This document shows, piece by piece, positions 45,121 through 55,445 of a stretch of 64,000 nucleotides of DNA (position 1 is the stretch's first letter; every line of letters begins with the position of its first letter). Made by a program: the position numbers and the translations under genes. The notes under the pieces were generated by a model. That model ran no database searches. It was not told the origin of the DNA and worked only from the letters and a program-made list of their open reading frames with translations. This DNA comes from a virus, in IMG/VR virus record IMGVR_UViG_3300043466_001759, positions 1-64,000 of that record, one strand, 5' to 3'.

Positions 45121-47115
45121 TTAACTAGGTGTTAGCCATCCGCCGCCCGAATCACCGAGCCCAGCGATCATTGTTGCCATGTCTTTCCATTGCGGAGCGA
45201 CATCCTCTCGTCTTTCAACAAACGAATAAAGCCCAATCAACAGCTTATTTCTCTCATCAAGCTGATAAGCCATGAGTTGTCTGTTCTGATCCGCGATCGA
45301 TTGCCAACCATCAAGCCTCTTGATAGCGGTATTCATCTTCTCGAGAATCGCCTTGTGCTTGTGCTCAGCTAACGTGCTAGCATTTTGCATCAGAAGAGCC
45401 GAATATCGCTCCTTGCCAGACAAAAGGCTCTTTAGAGCATCTTGTATTTGCTGGAGCAACGTGTCCCTTTGAGTGATTTCGACTCTGACGACATCTTGAT
45501 TCGAAGCATACTCCTTATCAACACCAGCCAATAGTTGCGACTCCATTTGCTGGACCTGCTCGTAAAGCTTGTGTGTCTCAGTATTCTCCCACTTCCCAAA
45601 CAAGTCTCGCAACTGGTAAACGCGATCGGCCGCCTCTATAGTCCTCTGTCTAACTTCCTGCAGCTTAGCGTACAAGTTCGACTGCATCTCCATCGCCAGC
45701 TTTTCGTTCGCGTCTTTCGCGGTGAAGATCGCCTGCTTGCCAGACAAGACTCTGTTTCGGATCTCCTGTTGAAGTCCGTAAATGTTGCTGACTAGAGAAG
45801 CTTGATACCTAAGGACTTCTTGTTGAACTCCATGCAACTGATTAGAGCCCTCTAGGTTTCTTCCTCTTGTTGCTACTTGCTGCTCGTAAAGCCTATGCTG
45901 ATTCTCAAGCTTCTCTCTCATCAGCCTGTCATTTAACGCTTGGATCCTATCGTCACGGTCTCTGCTGTTCCTGGCCGTAACATCCGAAACTATCTTGGAC
46001 ACAAAAAGGCCCTGGCTAACAAGCCTTTGTATCTGTGCTGCCAAGCTCGCTGCAAACTCCTCGTTTATCCTAGCTAGCTCTTCGCTTCCGAGGTCAACCA
46101 GGAATCCCCTGGCGATCACGGCATGCTGCTCGTAATCTGCAGTAAGGCTACCCAAAATCGATTGATACCGAGCCGCGTGACCGTCAACAAGATCCCCTGC
46201 GTCTCCCTTTATCGTCTCAAGTTCTGACTCCACGTCAGTAAAGTCTGCCTCGATTCGTGTCAGGATGTCAGTGACGTCGGCGACGTAGGTGGTGACGTTC
46301 GCAGTTATCCTGGTGAGGGCATCCTCAATTTCAGCCGCGTGTGCCGTGTAGTTGCTTGCCAGAATTGAGAATTGTTGGTTGTAGTCAACAACGTGACTGT
46401 CAAGCACTGCATCCAGACCTGCTATCTCAGACAACACCTTTGCTAAGTGAGATGCAAAGTTCTGATCCATCTCGGCCAGTCTTAGCCTGTAAGCTGTGAT
46501 GAAGTCCTGAAGGTTGGAGATTTGCTCCGTCAGAAGCGATTCAATCTCGTCTGCGCTGGTGTTGGCATTCACCTCGAGGTCCGTAAGCCTCGTATCCATC
46601 TGCCCAAGAGCATCTTTTGCCTCTGCCGCATCAAGGACCATCTGAGCCCTGTTCTCTGCAATCAGAGTCTCAATCTCGTCCATGTACTGGTCTAGATCGG
46701 CGAGATAAACGCCTGATTGTGCATTCTGGACCGTCGTTTGAGCGTCAAACTGCTCATGCGACGTGTCGATCATCATAGTCCAGTTCCTCAGGATCTCGTT
46801 ATACCTGACCTGATTCGCTGTTCTGGCATCGTTAGCTGCTATGGTGTAAGAGTTACACAAATCCAACAGCACGTCTTGCGGACGAAGCCCATTCCTCTTC
46901 AAGTTGAAGTAATAGGTAGGCGGAGTCGTTGTTCTGTCCAACCTGATGTTGGTTATTTCGTACCCTTGAGCAACGAGCCATCCCATGACGTTCTCGGGAA
47001 CATCTGAAACAGTTTGCTGAGCCCACCAAATATTCAAGGCGGGATTGATAACTCTTGGAAGCCAGAGTTCCGATTGGCTTGGATCCTGCTCTGGTATGTT
47101 AGGAATAGATGACAT
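45121..47115 (-). CDS. Coiled-coil putative internal virion/tail protein
   Basis: 664 aa, extended helical composition. Confidence 0.75.
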   Translation of the reverse strand: MSSIPNIPEQDPSQSELWLPRVINPALNIWWAQQTVSDVPENVMGWLVAQGYEITNIRLDRTTTPPTYYFNLKRNGLRPQDVLLDLCNSYTIAANDARTANQVRYNEILRNWTMMIDTSHEQFDAQTTVQNAQSGVYLADLDQYMDEIETLIAENRAQMVLDAAEAKDALGQMDTRLTDLEVNANTSADEIESLLTEQISNLQDFITAYRLRLAEMDQNFASHLAKVLSEIAGLDAVLDSHVVDYNQQFSILASNYTAHAAEIEDALTRITANVTTYVADVTDILTRIEADFTDVESELETIKGDAGDLVDGHAARYQSILGSLTADYEQHAVIARGFLVDLGSEELARINEEFAASLAAQIQRLVSQGLFVSKIVSDVTARNSRDRDDRIQALNDRLMREKLENQHRLYEQQVATRGRNLEGSNQLHGVQQEVLRYQASLVSNIYGLQQEIRNRVLSGKQAIFTAKDANEKLAMEMQSNLYAKLQEVRQRTIEAADRVYQLRDLFGKWENTETHKLYEQVQQMESQLLAGVDKEYASNQDVVRVEITQRDTLLQQIQDALKSLLSGKERYSALLMQNASTLAEHKHKAILEKMNTAIKRLDGWQSIADQNRQLMAYQLDERNKLLIGLYSFVERREDVAPQWKDMATMIAGLGDSGGGWLTPS

Positions 47116-47130
47116 TTGCTTGGTTCCTTA

Positions 47131-49395
47131 TTACGCAGCAGCAGCTCTAGCTGTCATTTCAAAAACCGTCCAAGTGTTAGCTGCAGAACAAAAACACCTG
47201 ACGCCTTTACTAGCAAGAACGACTACGGCCGCGTTTGTCGCAAGCCCGTTTATCGTTCCGCCAGTTGCAGGATACAACTTAGCCGCAAAAGCGCTATTGT
47301 TTATCACTTCCATTATGTCGCCAGCCGCACCTGTCGGAAGAGCAACCCCCTTAGCAGCGTTGTCCGACGTTATGAACGTTGTATTGGTCGACGCAAGCAG
47401 AGCAGCATCCGAAAATAGAGTTCCAGCAGCAGCCGTAGCCGTAGCAGTCAAACTGGCGTAGGATCCCCATGTTCCATCTCCTTTGAGAAACTGCCTTGCG
47501 TTGTTGCTTAGCTTCGGAAGCAAGCCGTGTCTTGCTGAAGTTGCATTAAGATCCGTGTTGTCATCAGGAGCGGCAAAGTCATCAAGCTTTATGGCCTGTG
47601 CGTCATAAAGATATCGATTGCTCCACAACTGGCCTACAGTTGCCTTGCGATTTGCTCCACCCTCGCTCAAGAGTAGCAGATCATCGTTGGAAACAGTTGC
47701 GTCCGCGAGAACAGTCAAGTCAATGTTACCAGACGTAACGCCTGTCACATAAGCGGCAAAAGCAGCAACATCTAACTTATAGCTGGTCGACCCTCTACGC
47801 ATCCAGATATCATCGCCAGCTTGAACCGCTGGAGTTGCATCCACCTTGCTCCACATCTTATCTTCTATGTAAGAAGATACGTTCGCGATAGTTGCCTTGC
47901 GATTTACTCCTCCATCATGAATCAAGAACAAGTCGTTGTCAGAAAGAGCTGCTGTAGCCAGGGCATTAATATCAATGCTTCCAGCCAAAATACCACTGAC
48001 ATAAGTAGCGAACACGCCAACATCCAACTTGTAGCTCGTTGAGCCACGACGCATCCATATATCATCTCCAGCTAAAACTGACGCTGCGTCAGCCTTGTCC
48101 CACATTTCTGTTTCGGCATAGGATGCTATGTTTGCTGCAGTTATCTTCTTAGGAGTAGTTCCCTCAATTACATAAAACACGTCAGCATCTTCAAGAGGGG
48201 TTAACGCTATCAGTGCCGACACGTAGTCCTCAAAGTCGGCCCAGAGCTTTGTCTCGAGCTCCGCAAGAGTAGCCTTCCTTGCGTTAGAGCCATCTCCAAT
48301 TAACAACAAAGAGCCAGAGGCCAGTGTTGCTGAAGTGAGCCCAGTGAGATTCAAAACATTAGCCTGGATACCATTTAAGATGTACGTCTCAAGCTGATCC
48401 ACTGTCACACTAAGAGTCGTTCCAGCTCTTCCGATCAAAACCTTATCGCCAGTAGCAACGGGATTGCCGCTTGTGGCCGACCAACCTGAAGCCAAGACAT
48501 AGGTAGAAAGCAGCCCTATGTCCAGCTTGAATTGCGTTCCAGATCTGAATATAAGGAAGTCATCACCAACTACAGCTCCTACGGCATCGGCTGCGCTGTT
48601 CTGGGTTCCGACAACGTAAGAAGCAATATTGGCCCCAGTAGCTGTCCTGCCTGTTCCGCTTCTTTCCAGTAAGAACACGTCAGTAGCATTCGTCGCCGCC
48701 CCTAAAGCCGCGTAAGTATCCCAAGCTGCTGACACTGCGTCAGTAGATATCTTAGACTGCATGTAGGCAGCCAAGACTGCAGCAGTAACCTTGCTCGCAG
48801 TTCCACCGTCATTGATGTAAAAAGTATCCCCATCAACAACAGTCCCTGTCGCTACCGATGGCAATGTACCTAGATAGGTCAAGAATTGAGAATGAACACG
48901 ACTGGCAATGCTGGTGAATGTTGTTTTTCGAGCCGTGGTTCCTTGCGCCACCACGTACTGATCGGAGTCCGCAAGCGTTGCCGTTGTCAGCGCTGATATC
49001 TGACTCCCAAGGCTTGCTATACCTGCGTTAATAAACGTACGAACGTTATCAATATCGATTTGCTTGAGAACGCCTCCGTCGACATAGAGGAGCTTGTCTC
49101 CAGAAAGAATTGTAGTCTCGACACCAATAGCCTCGAGCTTGTCTACTATCCAATTGAAGAAGTTCTGCGCCGTAAGGATCTTCTCAACATCCGACTGGAA
49201 CACGTTGAGCTCGTCAGAATCCGCTACGGTCGTTATGACCGAGGCCTGATGAAGCTGATCGATCGTAAACGCAGCCAACAATGCTGCTGTCGCATGCTTC
49301 GATGTCGTACCGTCCAACAACGGCAACTTCTCTGGACCTGTCAGAGTGTCGACAACGAGACCGTTAATCCAGTCTGAAAAAGGAACATCAGGCAT
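47131..49395 (-). CDS. Repeat-rich tail fibre-like protein
   Basis: Multiple xxDxDxhhhxxGGTxxKxT repeats; duplicated AGDDIWMRRGSTSYKLDV. Confidence 0.75.
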   Translation of the reverse strand: MPDVPFSDWINGLVVDTLTGPEKLPLLDGTTSKHATAALLAAFTIDQLHQASVITTVADSDELNVFQSDVEKILTAQNFFNWIVDKLEAIGVETTILSGDKLLYVDGGVLKQIDIDNVRTFINAGIASLGSQISALTTATLADSDQYVVAQGTTARKTTFTSIASRVHSQFLTYLGTLPSVATGTVVDGDTFYINDGGTASKVTAAVLAAYMQSKISTDAVSAAWDTYAALGAATNATDVFLLERSGTGRTATGANIASYVVGTQNSAADAVGAVVGDDFLIFRSGTQFKLDIGLLSTYVLASGWSATSGNPVATGDKVLIGRAGTTLSVTVDQLETYILNGIQANVLNLTGLTSATLASGSLLLIGDGSNARKATLAELETKLWADFEDYVSALIALTPLEDADVFYVIEGTTPKKITAANIASYAETEMWDKADAASVLAGDDIWMRRGSTSYKLDVGVFATYVSGILAGSIDINALATAALSDNDLFLIHDGGVNRKATIANVSSYIEDKMWSKVDATPAVQAGDDIWMRRGSTSYKLDVAAFAAYVTGVTSGNIDLTVLADATVSNDDLLLLSEGGANRKATVGQLWSNRYLYDAQAIKLDDFAAPDDNTDLNATSARHGLLPKLSNNARQFLKGDGTWGSYASLTATATAAAGTLFSDAALLASTNTTFITSDNAAKGVALPTGAAGDIMEVINNSAFAAKLYPATGGTINGLATNAAVVVLASKGVRCFCSAANTWTVFEMTARAAAA

Positions 49396-49397
49396 GG

Positions 49398-50645
49398 TTA
49401 TCGCCACCTTCCACTTGGTTCAATGAAACAACGTGCGCCTTCCCAGGCCCAATCACCACTACTTGCGGACAACAACAGAACCATGAACTTACCTCTAGCT
49501 CGAGGGTAAGACCTATGGTTAGCTCCCGTTCCCGTCCAAACACCACTGCTTTGAATGTTTGCTGGCGTATTGCCTGCTACCAAAGCCTCAATCGCTGCTT
49601 TGGCATTCTGCGTGACCTGCTCAGCTGTATCGGCTACCAAAACTCTCCACGTCACGTTTACCGAGCTCTGAGCTAGGATCCCATGTATCTGAATCAACCT
49701 TCCAAAGGTCGCTCCATCGCCAAGCAAGATCGGCCCCATGGCAACATACGACCCTGTATGCCCAACCTTGAAAGGCCAGAATCCTTGCCTCTCCGTGTCG
49801 AACAACCACGACTCCGAAGCTGACGGAATGCGAATGTACACTCCGCGTGTTTCGTGATCGTACTCAAGAACCGTATCTTCGTCCGTAACGCCAGTCAGCT
49901 GTTCTGGTATCACATCCTCGGAAAGAGCTTGAAGGCCCTCGCCTGATGCTGCAACAGTGTAAAGACCGTGAGACGAAAGGAAGTAGTATCGGTCGAGATG
50001 ATCGCGACACCACGCCTTTGCTCCTACCATCCCTACTCCCCTGGAAATGTTTCTCAGCGATCCATCAGCAGTAGGATCGCCCTGAAGCACCCAAAGAGAA
50101 TTACTAGTAGCTGCCAGCATGTAAGCATCTTTGTGAGGAATTAGTGACACGACGTCAGCGCCGATCTCTCCTGCCTCAGAAAGTTGAATAACAAATGCCC
50201 TGCCCGAGTCACTGACGTCAACACTCAAATCCCAGTTCGTGTAGTCGCCCTGACGACTGGCATATATCAATCCTCCTTCAGGACGAACCAAACGAGCACG
50301 ATACAAGCATTGTGCTGAATGACTCGCTGGAGCATCTGCACCTGGATCCACAAAAGCGGATCCACCGCTCCTGTTAACTGCGACATCAACACCAATGACG
50401 ATCTGATTTCCACTGGAGTCGGTAATTCGATTACCTGACCCATCAGTTAAGTATCGACTTTGTGTTGAAGCTCCTGCTGCAGCTGCTGTCGGCGACCAGG
50501 ATCCTCCTCGAAGCCTACCAGTAAAATCCTCTAGGCGAACATTGAGAGCCCAGGGAGCAAAATAGCGATCGCGACTGCCAGCACTTTGCCGCAGAGACAC
50601 TCGCCTGTTGACTCCCGAGGGAAATATTATCTCTTTGTTCGCCAT
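49398..50645 (-). CDS. Putative tail nozzle/stabilisation protein
   Basis: Beta-rich, IYASRQGDYTNWD, YYFLSSHGLY; position after the adaptor. Confidence 0.55.
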   Translation of the reverse strand: MANKEIIFPSGVNRRVSLRQSAGSRDRYFAPWALNVRLEDFTGRLRGGSWSPTAAAAGASTQSRYLTDGSGNRITDSSGNQIVIGVDVAVNRSGGSAFVDPGADAPASHSAQCLYRARLVRPEGGLIYASRQGDYTNWDLSVDVSDSGRAFVIQLSEAGEIGADVVSLIPHKDAYMLAATSNSLWVLQGDPTADGSLRNISRGVGMVGAKAWCRDHLDRYYFLSSHGLYTVAASGEGLQALSEDVIPEQLTGVTDEDTVLEYDHETRGVYIRIPSASESWLFDTERQGFWPFKVGHTGSYVAMGPILLGDGATFGRLIQIHGILAQSSVNVTWRVLVADTAEQVTQNAKAAIEALVAGNTPANIQSSGVWTGTGANHRSYPRARGKFMVLLLSASSGDWAWEGARCFIEPSGRWR

Positions 50646-50652
50646 ATCAGGA

Positions 50653-51054
50653 TTATGGTGCAGCTACTTGGAGAGTCGTAACAGTTCCGTTAGAAGCAAT
50701 CGTGAAGCCCTTCCAGTTAGTTGCCGATTCGCAAATGGCAATAACCATCATGTTGGCTGCGATCGCCGATTCAGCATCCACGCCAACACCACCGTTAATG
50801 CCGATGGTCGCAGGATTGCTACTTCGAAGCTCACCGCCAGTTGCGGTCCCTGCAAGGACAACAATCCGTCCTGGAACTGGTGGAGGCAAGATCAAAATAT
50901 TATTCGCGCCACCCCAAGTAGGAGTGACCATCATTAAAAAGCGATCATCCGGCATGCGGACGCCTTCAGCAGTCGCAGTCAAAGCAACGTTTCCAGGCCC
51001 ATCAGCCGAGAACGCTTTCAAAACATCATTCAAAATACGATGAGACATCGCCAA
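50653..51054 (-). CDS. Hypothetical virion protein
   Basis: AAGGAG RBS; ILILPPP motif. Confidence 0.7.
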   Translation of the reverse strand: MAMSHRILNDVLKAFSADGPGNVALTATAEGVRMPDDRFLMMVTPTWGGANNILILPPPVPGRIVVLAGTATGGELRSSNPATIGINGGVGVDAESAIAANMMVIAICESATNWKGFTIASNGTVTTLQVAAP

Positions 51055-51066
51055 CTCCTTGAAAAA

Positions 51067-51390
51067 CTAATCTTTTAACGTGTAACCAATTTCACCAGCG
51101 ACATCACCAGTGACTCTCAAAAACATAGCTCCTTGCATTGCTGCAGGGATTGGATGAGCCTGACCAGCCGCGACAGTCTGAACGATAGCCGCCCCTGCTT
51201 CATTGTCGGCCGCCATGTACGGACCTTCTTCAGCTAGGCTTGCATGCCAAGTCAACGAGGTCAAACTTGAGCCAGCAGGAACATAAACAACTCCACTTCT
51301 GGCGTTTTCGTATTTAATCGTTCCGCTACCAGTAACAGCAGTCGCCACCACTAATGATGCCACCGAAACGCTATATGCTTGATTCGTCAC
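51067..51390 (-). CDS. Hypothetical virion protein
   Basis: 107 aa, beta-rich. Confidence 0.7.
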   Translation of the reverse strand: MTNQAYSVSVASLVVATAVTGSGTIKYENARSGVVYVPAGSSLTSLTWHASLAEEGPYMAADNEAGAAIVQTVAAGQAHPIPAAMQGAMFLRVTGDVAGEIGYTLKD

Positions 51391-52631
51391 AATGAGTCCC
51401 CGTTTAATGTTAGTCCGCCTATGCGATGCTCTCGCATCCTGTAATCATAATCGAAAACGCCGAATTTTCCATTCTCTCCCGCAGGAGCATCTGGCCCCAA
51501 AGACGTCGGAGAACTGCGATACTGGTCGTTTCGGATCGCCACTCCTAACATTTCCATGAATCTTTTCTCATGAACATGCTCTCTCTCCTCGAAATTGTGC
51601 TCAGCCGCCGCTAAACAGGCCTCCAAAATGACCTGACTGAGCAATTCCCCTCCGATGGGGTACTGATTTGTGTCATCTAGCATGACAGGCCTCAGGATCA
51701 TCGGGACTCGCATGGTGTATTCAGCGTCAGGAGTAGGGTAGAACGCCAAAACCTTGCGACTTCCAACAGTAGGGTTGAACAATGACGTTCGAACGCTGTA
51801 GAAGCATGGTCGATTAAATTCTGGATTGCTTTCCTCAAGGCTGCGGATCGTGGCATCATGCCTTTGCTTCACTGAGGGGAACCACCGATCGTTTCCAGGA
51901 TAATAGGTCAAGTCACTGTCGTTCGTCACGGCATCAAAGGACGCATCCAAGGCGACCTCAGGATTGCCCAGCTGGTAGTCCGAGGCTGTTGCGATCGTGA
52001 CCGAGGTATTCTCAAGTGTGATCTGGGTGTTACTATCCCTGCTGGCAACTGCATAATGCTTACCATCAACCTTAATTAGTCCGTTGGCGGCCCAGGACGG
52101 AAACACTCCTCCAGTCAGTGTTGCGACTCCTGCTGACACAGTGACAGTACCAGTTGTGTACGGCGCTGTTGTGGTGACATCAACTAAAGGCCTAAAGAAT
52201 GACCACTCGTGCGCAGCGTAGACTCTATGCAGCCCGTCCCTGATGCAATCATTGATATCAGCCTCTTGATCGACCAAGAATCCACTTCGAATACCAAATA
52301 GGTAATGACCAACTCTCTCAAGCAAGCTCGCATAGCTTGTCGTCATTCCCGAAGTAGTAGATCTGGCAAGAAAGTCCACTTCGAAGTGATAGGTAGCACC
52401 ATCGTAGACAAACTCAACATAGGCCGTGTAGGAGACTGCAACAATGTCCTCGAATGCGTACTCGTAGACACCAGCCGATATCCTGGTCATTACAGTACCG
52501 TCAGCAACTACGACATTGTTATTGTCGTTACGCTTGACCCCGTAGGTTCCAGTAGGATCGGACAGTCTTGCTGACGTGACGTCAGTAGGGACTCCATCAA
52601 CCTTGAATGTTTTTCTTACTACTCGAGACAT
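51387..52631 (-). CDS. Putative head-tail adaptor protein
   Basis: INDCIRDGL...HEWSFF, RPCFY...LAFYPTPDAEY...ILEACLAAA pattern of podoviral adaptors. Confidence 0.6.
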   Translation of the reverse strand: MSRVVRKTFKVDGVPTDVTSARLSDPTGTYGVKRNDNNNVVVADGTVMTRISAGVYEYAFEDIVAVSYTAYVEFVYDGATYHFEVDFLARSTTSGMTTSYASLLERVGHYLFGIRSGFLVDQEADINDCIRDGLHRVYAAHEWSFFRPLVDVTTTAPYTTGTVTVSAGVATLTGGVFPSWAANGLIKVDGKHYAVASRDSNTQITLENTSVTIATASDYQLGNPEVALDASFDAVTNDSDLTYYPGNDRWFPSVKQRHDATIRSLEESNPEFNRPCFYSVRTSLFNPTVGSRKVLAFYPTPDAEYTMRVPMILRPVMLDDTNQYPIGGELLSQVILEACLAAAEHNFEEREHVHEKRFMEMLGVAIRNDQYRSSPTSLGPDAPAGENGKFGVFDYDYRMREHRIGGLTLNGDSL

Positions 52632-52632
52632 G

Positions 52633-52920
52633 CTATTCCACAGTTATGCTGCGGTCCTCTACTGTAATGTTTGCTGACGATCCGCCTGACAAATCAAAGT
52701 AGCCTTTCGCAAGACTCCAATTTGCAGGTTGAGAGGCACCTTCAAAGAAGTACCATAAGTCGGAAACTGCTTCATCCAGGCTAGCCGTGTATCGACCAGT
52801 GTTAGCACCTGTCCCCTCTGTGAGAAGGATCCTGTTGGTAGCCCAAGTAGCCAACGACAAGTCAGCAGGGAACGCATAAAGCGTCTGGCCCGATGTGCGA
52901 GCTAAAGAAACGTTTTTCAT
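52633..52920 (-). CDS. Hypothetical virion protein
   Basis: 95-aa ORF. Confidence 0.65.
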   Translation of the reverse strand: MKNVSLARTSGQTLYAFPADLSLATWATNRILLTEGTGANTGRYTASLDEAVSDLWYFFEGASQPANWSLAKGYFDLSGGSSANITVEDRSITVE

Positions 52921-52923
52921 GAT

Positions 52924-53082
52924 TTACTCGGCAGTTGGTTCATCTTGTTTCGCCTCTGCGATCTTTTGCACGAGAGGCATGATCTGTACCGCTGCTTGAA
53001 GACTGTTCGGTGCGTGCTTTACTGCTGAGTCAATACACGCAAGCAGTAATTGCTGTTCGTCTTTTGTGAGTTCGATCTGCAT
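52924..53082 (-). CDS. Small hypothetical protein (52 aa)
   Basis: Manual translation MQIELTKDEQQLLLACIDSAVK...; fills the gap between neighbours. Confidence 0.6.
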   Translation of the reverse strand: MQIELTKDEQQLLLACIDSAVKHAPNSLQAAVQIMPLVQKIAEAKQDEPTAE

Positions 53083-53086
53083 GATT

Positions 53087-53392
53087 TTACTCTACTGTTT
53101 GTTGAGATTCGACCCAAGCCTGCAGCGGCTTAACCGCTGACAGTATCGCCTGATATGCAGCTGCTAACTCAGGCACTTCGTTAATAGCTTGGAACAATCT
53201 AGTTGATGTGATCTGTATCGATCCGTTACCCCAGAACAGCTCACCGTTTTCAGACATTGGAAGAAGTTCGAGATAGACACTTCCTTCCGCTGCCGGATCA
53301 TGGGCGGCTATACGCAGATTGCGAATCCAAATAATAGGAAACGATTTCTGATCTTTTGGCGGTTCAATAATCGGTTCGTCAAAAAAAAGCAT
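53087..53392 (-). CDS. Hypothetical protein
   Basis: Start refined to MLFFDEP. Confidence 0.6.
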   Translation of the reverse strand: MLFFDEPIIEPPKDQKSFPIIWIRNLRIAAHDPAAEGSVYLELLPMSENGELFWGNGSIQITSTRLFQAINEVPELAAAYQAILSAVKPLQAWVESQQTVE

Positions 53393-53394
53393 AA

Positions 53395-53559
53395 TCACGT
53401 TCTCCAGGTTCCTGAAATTCTTATTGTAGGCGATGCTACTTTCCACACGCCACCGATGCGAATATACACCGTTGTTTCTTTCCACACCCCACCAACACGC
53501 ACCCAAATTTTACTAGATGGTGCCGGTGAGCCTTGCGGTGCTAATAAGGTGAGCAGCAT
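53395..53559 (-). CDS. Small tail-fibre-associated protein with xVGGVWK repeats (54 aa)
   Basis: Manual translation ...IWVRVGGVWKETTVYIRIGGVWKVASPTIRISGTWRT. Confidence 0.6.
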   Translation of the reverse strand: MLLTLLAPQGSPAPSSKIWVRVGGVWKETTVYIRIGGVWKVASPTIRISGTWRT

Positions 53560-53560
53560 G

Positions 53561-54997
53561 CTAAATTACCATTTGCCGATACATGAGCGATGAAGTGTTC
53601 ATAAGCATATAGACATAATGGATTTCAGTTGCTCCGTCGTAGTACGTTGCATCAAATGCCGTGTCTCCAACGATTGCAGCACCTTGAGCCACTGGCATGG
53701 TCGTCCAGCCAGTCATGTTTTGATCCGCAATGTCATATTCAAACCACCGGTTGGTTGCTTCTTTTTGGATATAGATTTTATCAACACGGTAGTTGTACTT
53801 GCTGCCAGTCGTAAACGTTTCTGCTGCCGGTGAATACGACACGCCTGACACCCATGTGTTGGCTGCAATGTCGTAGTAATCCAGAACAGCACCGGCACTG
53901 CCTCTAAACGAGAGAATGCGTTGACCGTTAATGATTGTGTTTTCATTAGTCCAAACAGTGTTAGTCTCACCATACACCCAATGAGCGGATAAACCCGCAC
54001 CTGGTGCCGCTGCTCTTGCCGCTACTGGTGACAACGTAGACCAAGTGTTACCACTGATCGAGTAACGATACATCGTGACAGCGTTGTTCCCCATGTAGTA
54101 AATGAAGTCATCATTACCCTCAATCGAATACACTGAAGTTGCATCGGGTTGTGTTGTCCACGCAGCACTCGTAGTAATCACCGTTGCCGTGTTGGAAGCA
54201 ATCGTTCTGATCTGTCCTGCACCCGTACCAGACACAATACGAATCTGGTAGTTGGTCCAAGAGTTGACTGTCCACGCTTTACCTGAATTTGTCAGCGTTG
54301 AAGCACCACCTGCTGTTGCTGTCCCCGTGGCAAATGCTCGATAGTCAGTGTTGATCCAACTCGGAGTAGATACCAACTTTCCATCAGTAGCCAGCGAGGC
54401 AGGCAAGCCAGTATTTACAAGCGTTGTCCAGTTGTTTGTAGCGTAGCAATACTTTTTGAACGATCCAGAAGCAAGTGTGCCAGCACCAACAACGTACCAT
54501 ACCGGAGTCAACATTCTGTACACTGTCGAAGCGGTAAATGCAGACCCTTGCGTTGCTACTGTGATCGTAGCGTTAGCCCCAACAGTGTTGGAAACAATCG
54601 GTAGTGTCACACCTGCATTTGGTCCTGATAATATATGAACCGAATAGCCAGCCAGAGATCGAGCTAGCGTCTGGTTGGTGATAATCGTACTCGTTGTTCC
54701 GCCTGTTGCAGTTAAAGATGCTGCTCCAACAGTTGTTCCTGTTGACCATCCTGCTGCAACACCTGCCGCACCTGCCCCAAACGTGCCAGCCAAAGCAGGC
54801 GAAGGCAACTGTACCCATCCGTCCTCAAACGGACTGTATAGCCAAGCTGTAGTGTTGCCGTTGAGATACAACTGTTGTTGTCGAAAGTGCCTCGACGATG
54901 CGATAAACGCGCCTGCAACAGTCGCACTGGGAGCAGGGGAAAGTTGTTCCCATCGTTTCAGATCAAGTAGTTTTCTATTTCCGTTTGTTGTTGGCAT
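53561..54997 (-). CDS. Beta-propeller/Kelch-like tail or receptor-binding protein
   Basis: Thr/Gly/Ala-rich; YRYSISGNTW and YYDIAANTW repeats; two ISGxxAGxxxxIxSNT modules. Confidence 0.7.
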   Translation of the reverse strand: MPTTNGNRKLLDLKRWEQLSPAPSATVAGAFIASSRHFRQQQLYLNGNTTAWLYSPFEDGWVQLPSPALAGTFGAGAAGVAAGWSTGTTVGAASLTATGGTTSTIITNQTLARSLAGYSVHILSGPNAGVTLPIVSNTVGANATITVATQGSAFTASTVYRMLTPVWYVVGAGTLASGSFKKYCYATNNWTTLVNTGLPASLATDGKLVSTPSWINTDYRAFATGTATAGGASTLTNSGKAWTVNSWTNYQIRIVSGTGAGQIRTIASNTATVITTSAAWTTQPDATSVYSIEGNDDFIYYMGNNAVTMYRYSISGNTWSTLSPVAARAAAPGAGLSAHWVYGETNTVWTNENTIINGQRILSFRGSAGAVLDYYDIAANTWVSGVSYSPAAETFTTGSKYNYRVDKIYIQKEATNRWFEYDIADQNMTGWTTMPVAQGAAIVGDTAFDATYYDGATEIHYVYMLMNTSSLMYRQMVI

Positions 54998-54998
54998 A

Positions 54999-55436
54999 TT
55001 ATGTCACCGATATGTTTCTTCTAAGGTTATCTGCTGTTTGTCGTTCAAAACAAGTCACTTGCGAGTTTGCAGGTTGCCCACCAATACTTGCTTGATTGCC
55101 TACTGTCGTTACATCTTGAATCACCCAAGTTCCCGACCGTGTGACTGCAAGCGTAGCGTTTAAGACTTGTGCATCGACCTGCGCCCTCCCAGTCAGTGGG
55201 CTCACCTGCGTTAATCCGACTGTTCGATTGAGCGATTGAATAGCCATTCGCATAGCTTCAATTGCCTCGATCAATTCACCCATTACTTTTACTGGGTAAG
55301 GGTTGCTATCCGAAGTTTCGTGAGCTACTCCGTCTACACCATGAGTTACCTTAACTCGCTGGTACAAAGCTCCATCTATCTCATCAGCAGCGACTATCGC
55401 TCCTGTTCCTGGGGTGTACCCTACGTTATCTGGCAT
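54999..55436 (-). CDS. Hypothetical virion protein
   Basis: 145 aa, YQRVKV...SNPYPV. Confidence 0.7.
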   Translation of the reverse strand: MPDNVGYTPGTGAIVAADEIDGALYQRVKVTHGVDGVAHETSDSNPYPVKVMGELIEAIEAMRMAIQSLNRTVGLTQVSPLTGRAQVDAQVLNATLAVTRSGTWVIQDVTTVGNQASIGGQPANSQVTCFERQTADNLRRNISVT

Positions 55437-55445
55437 GATCTATTC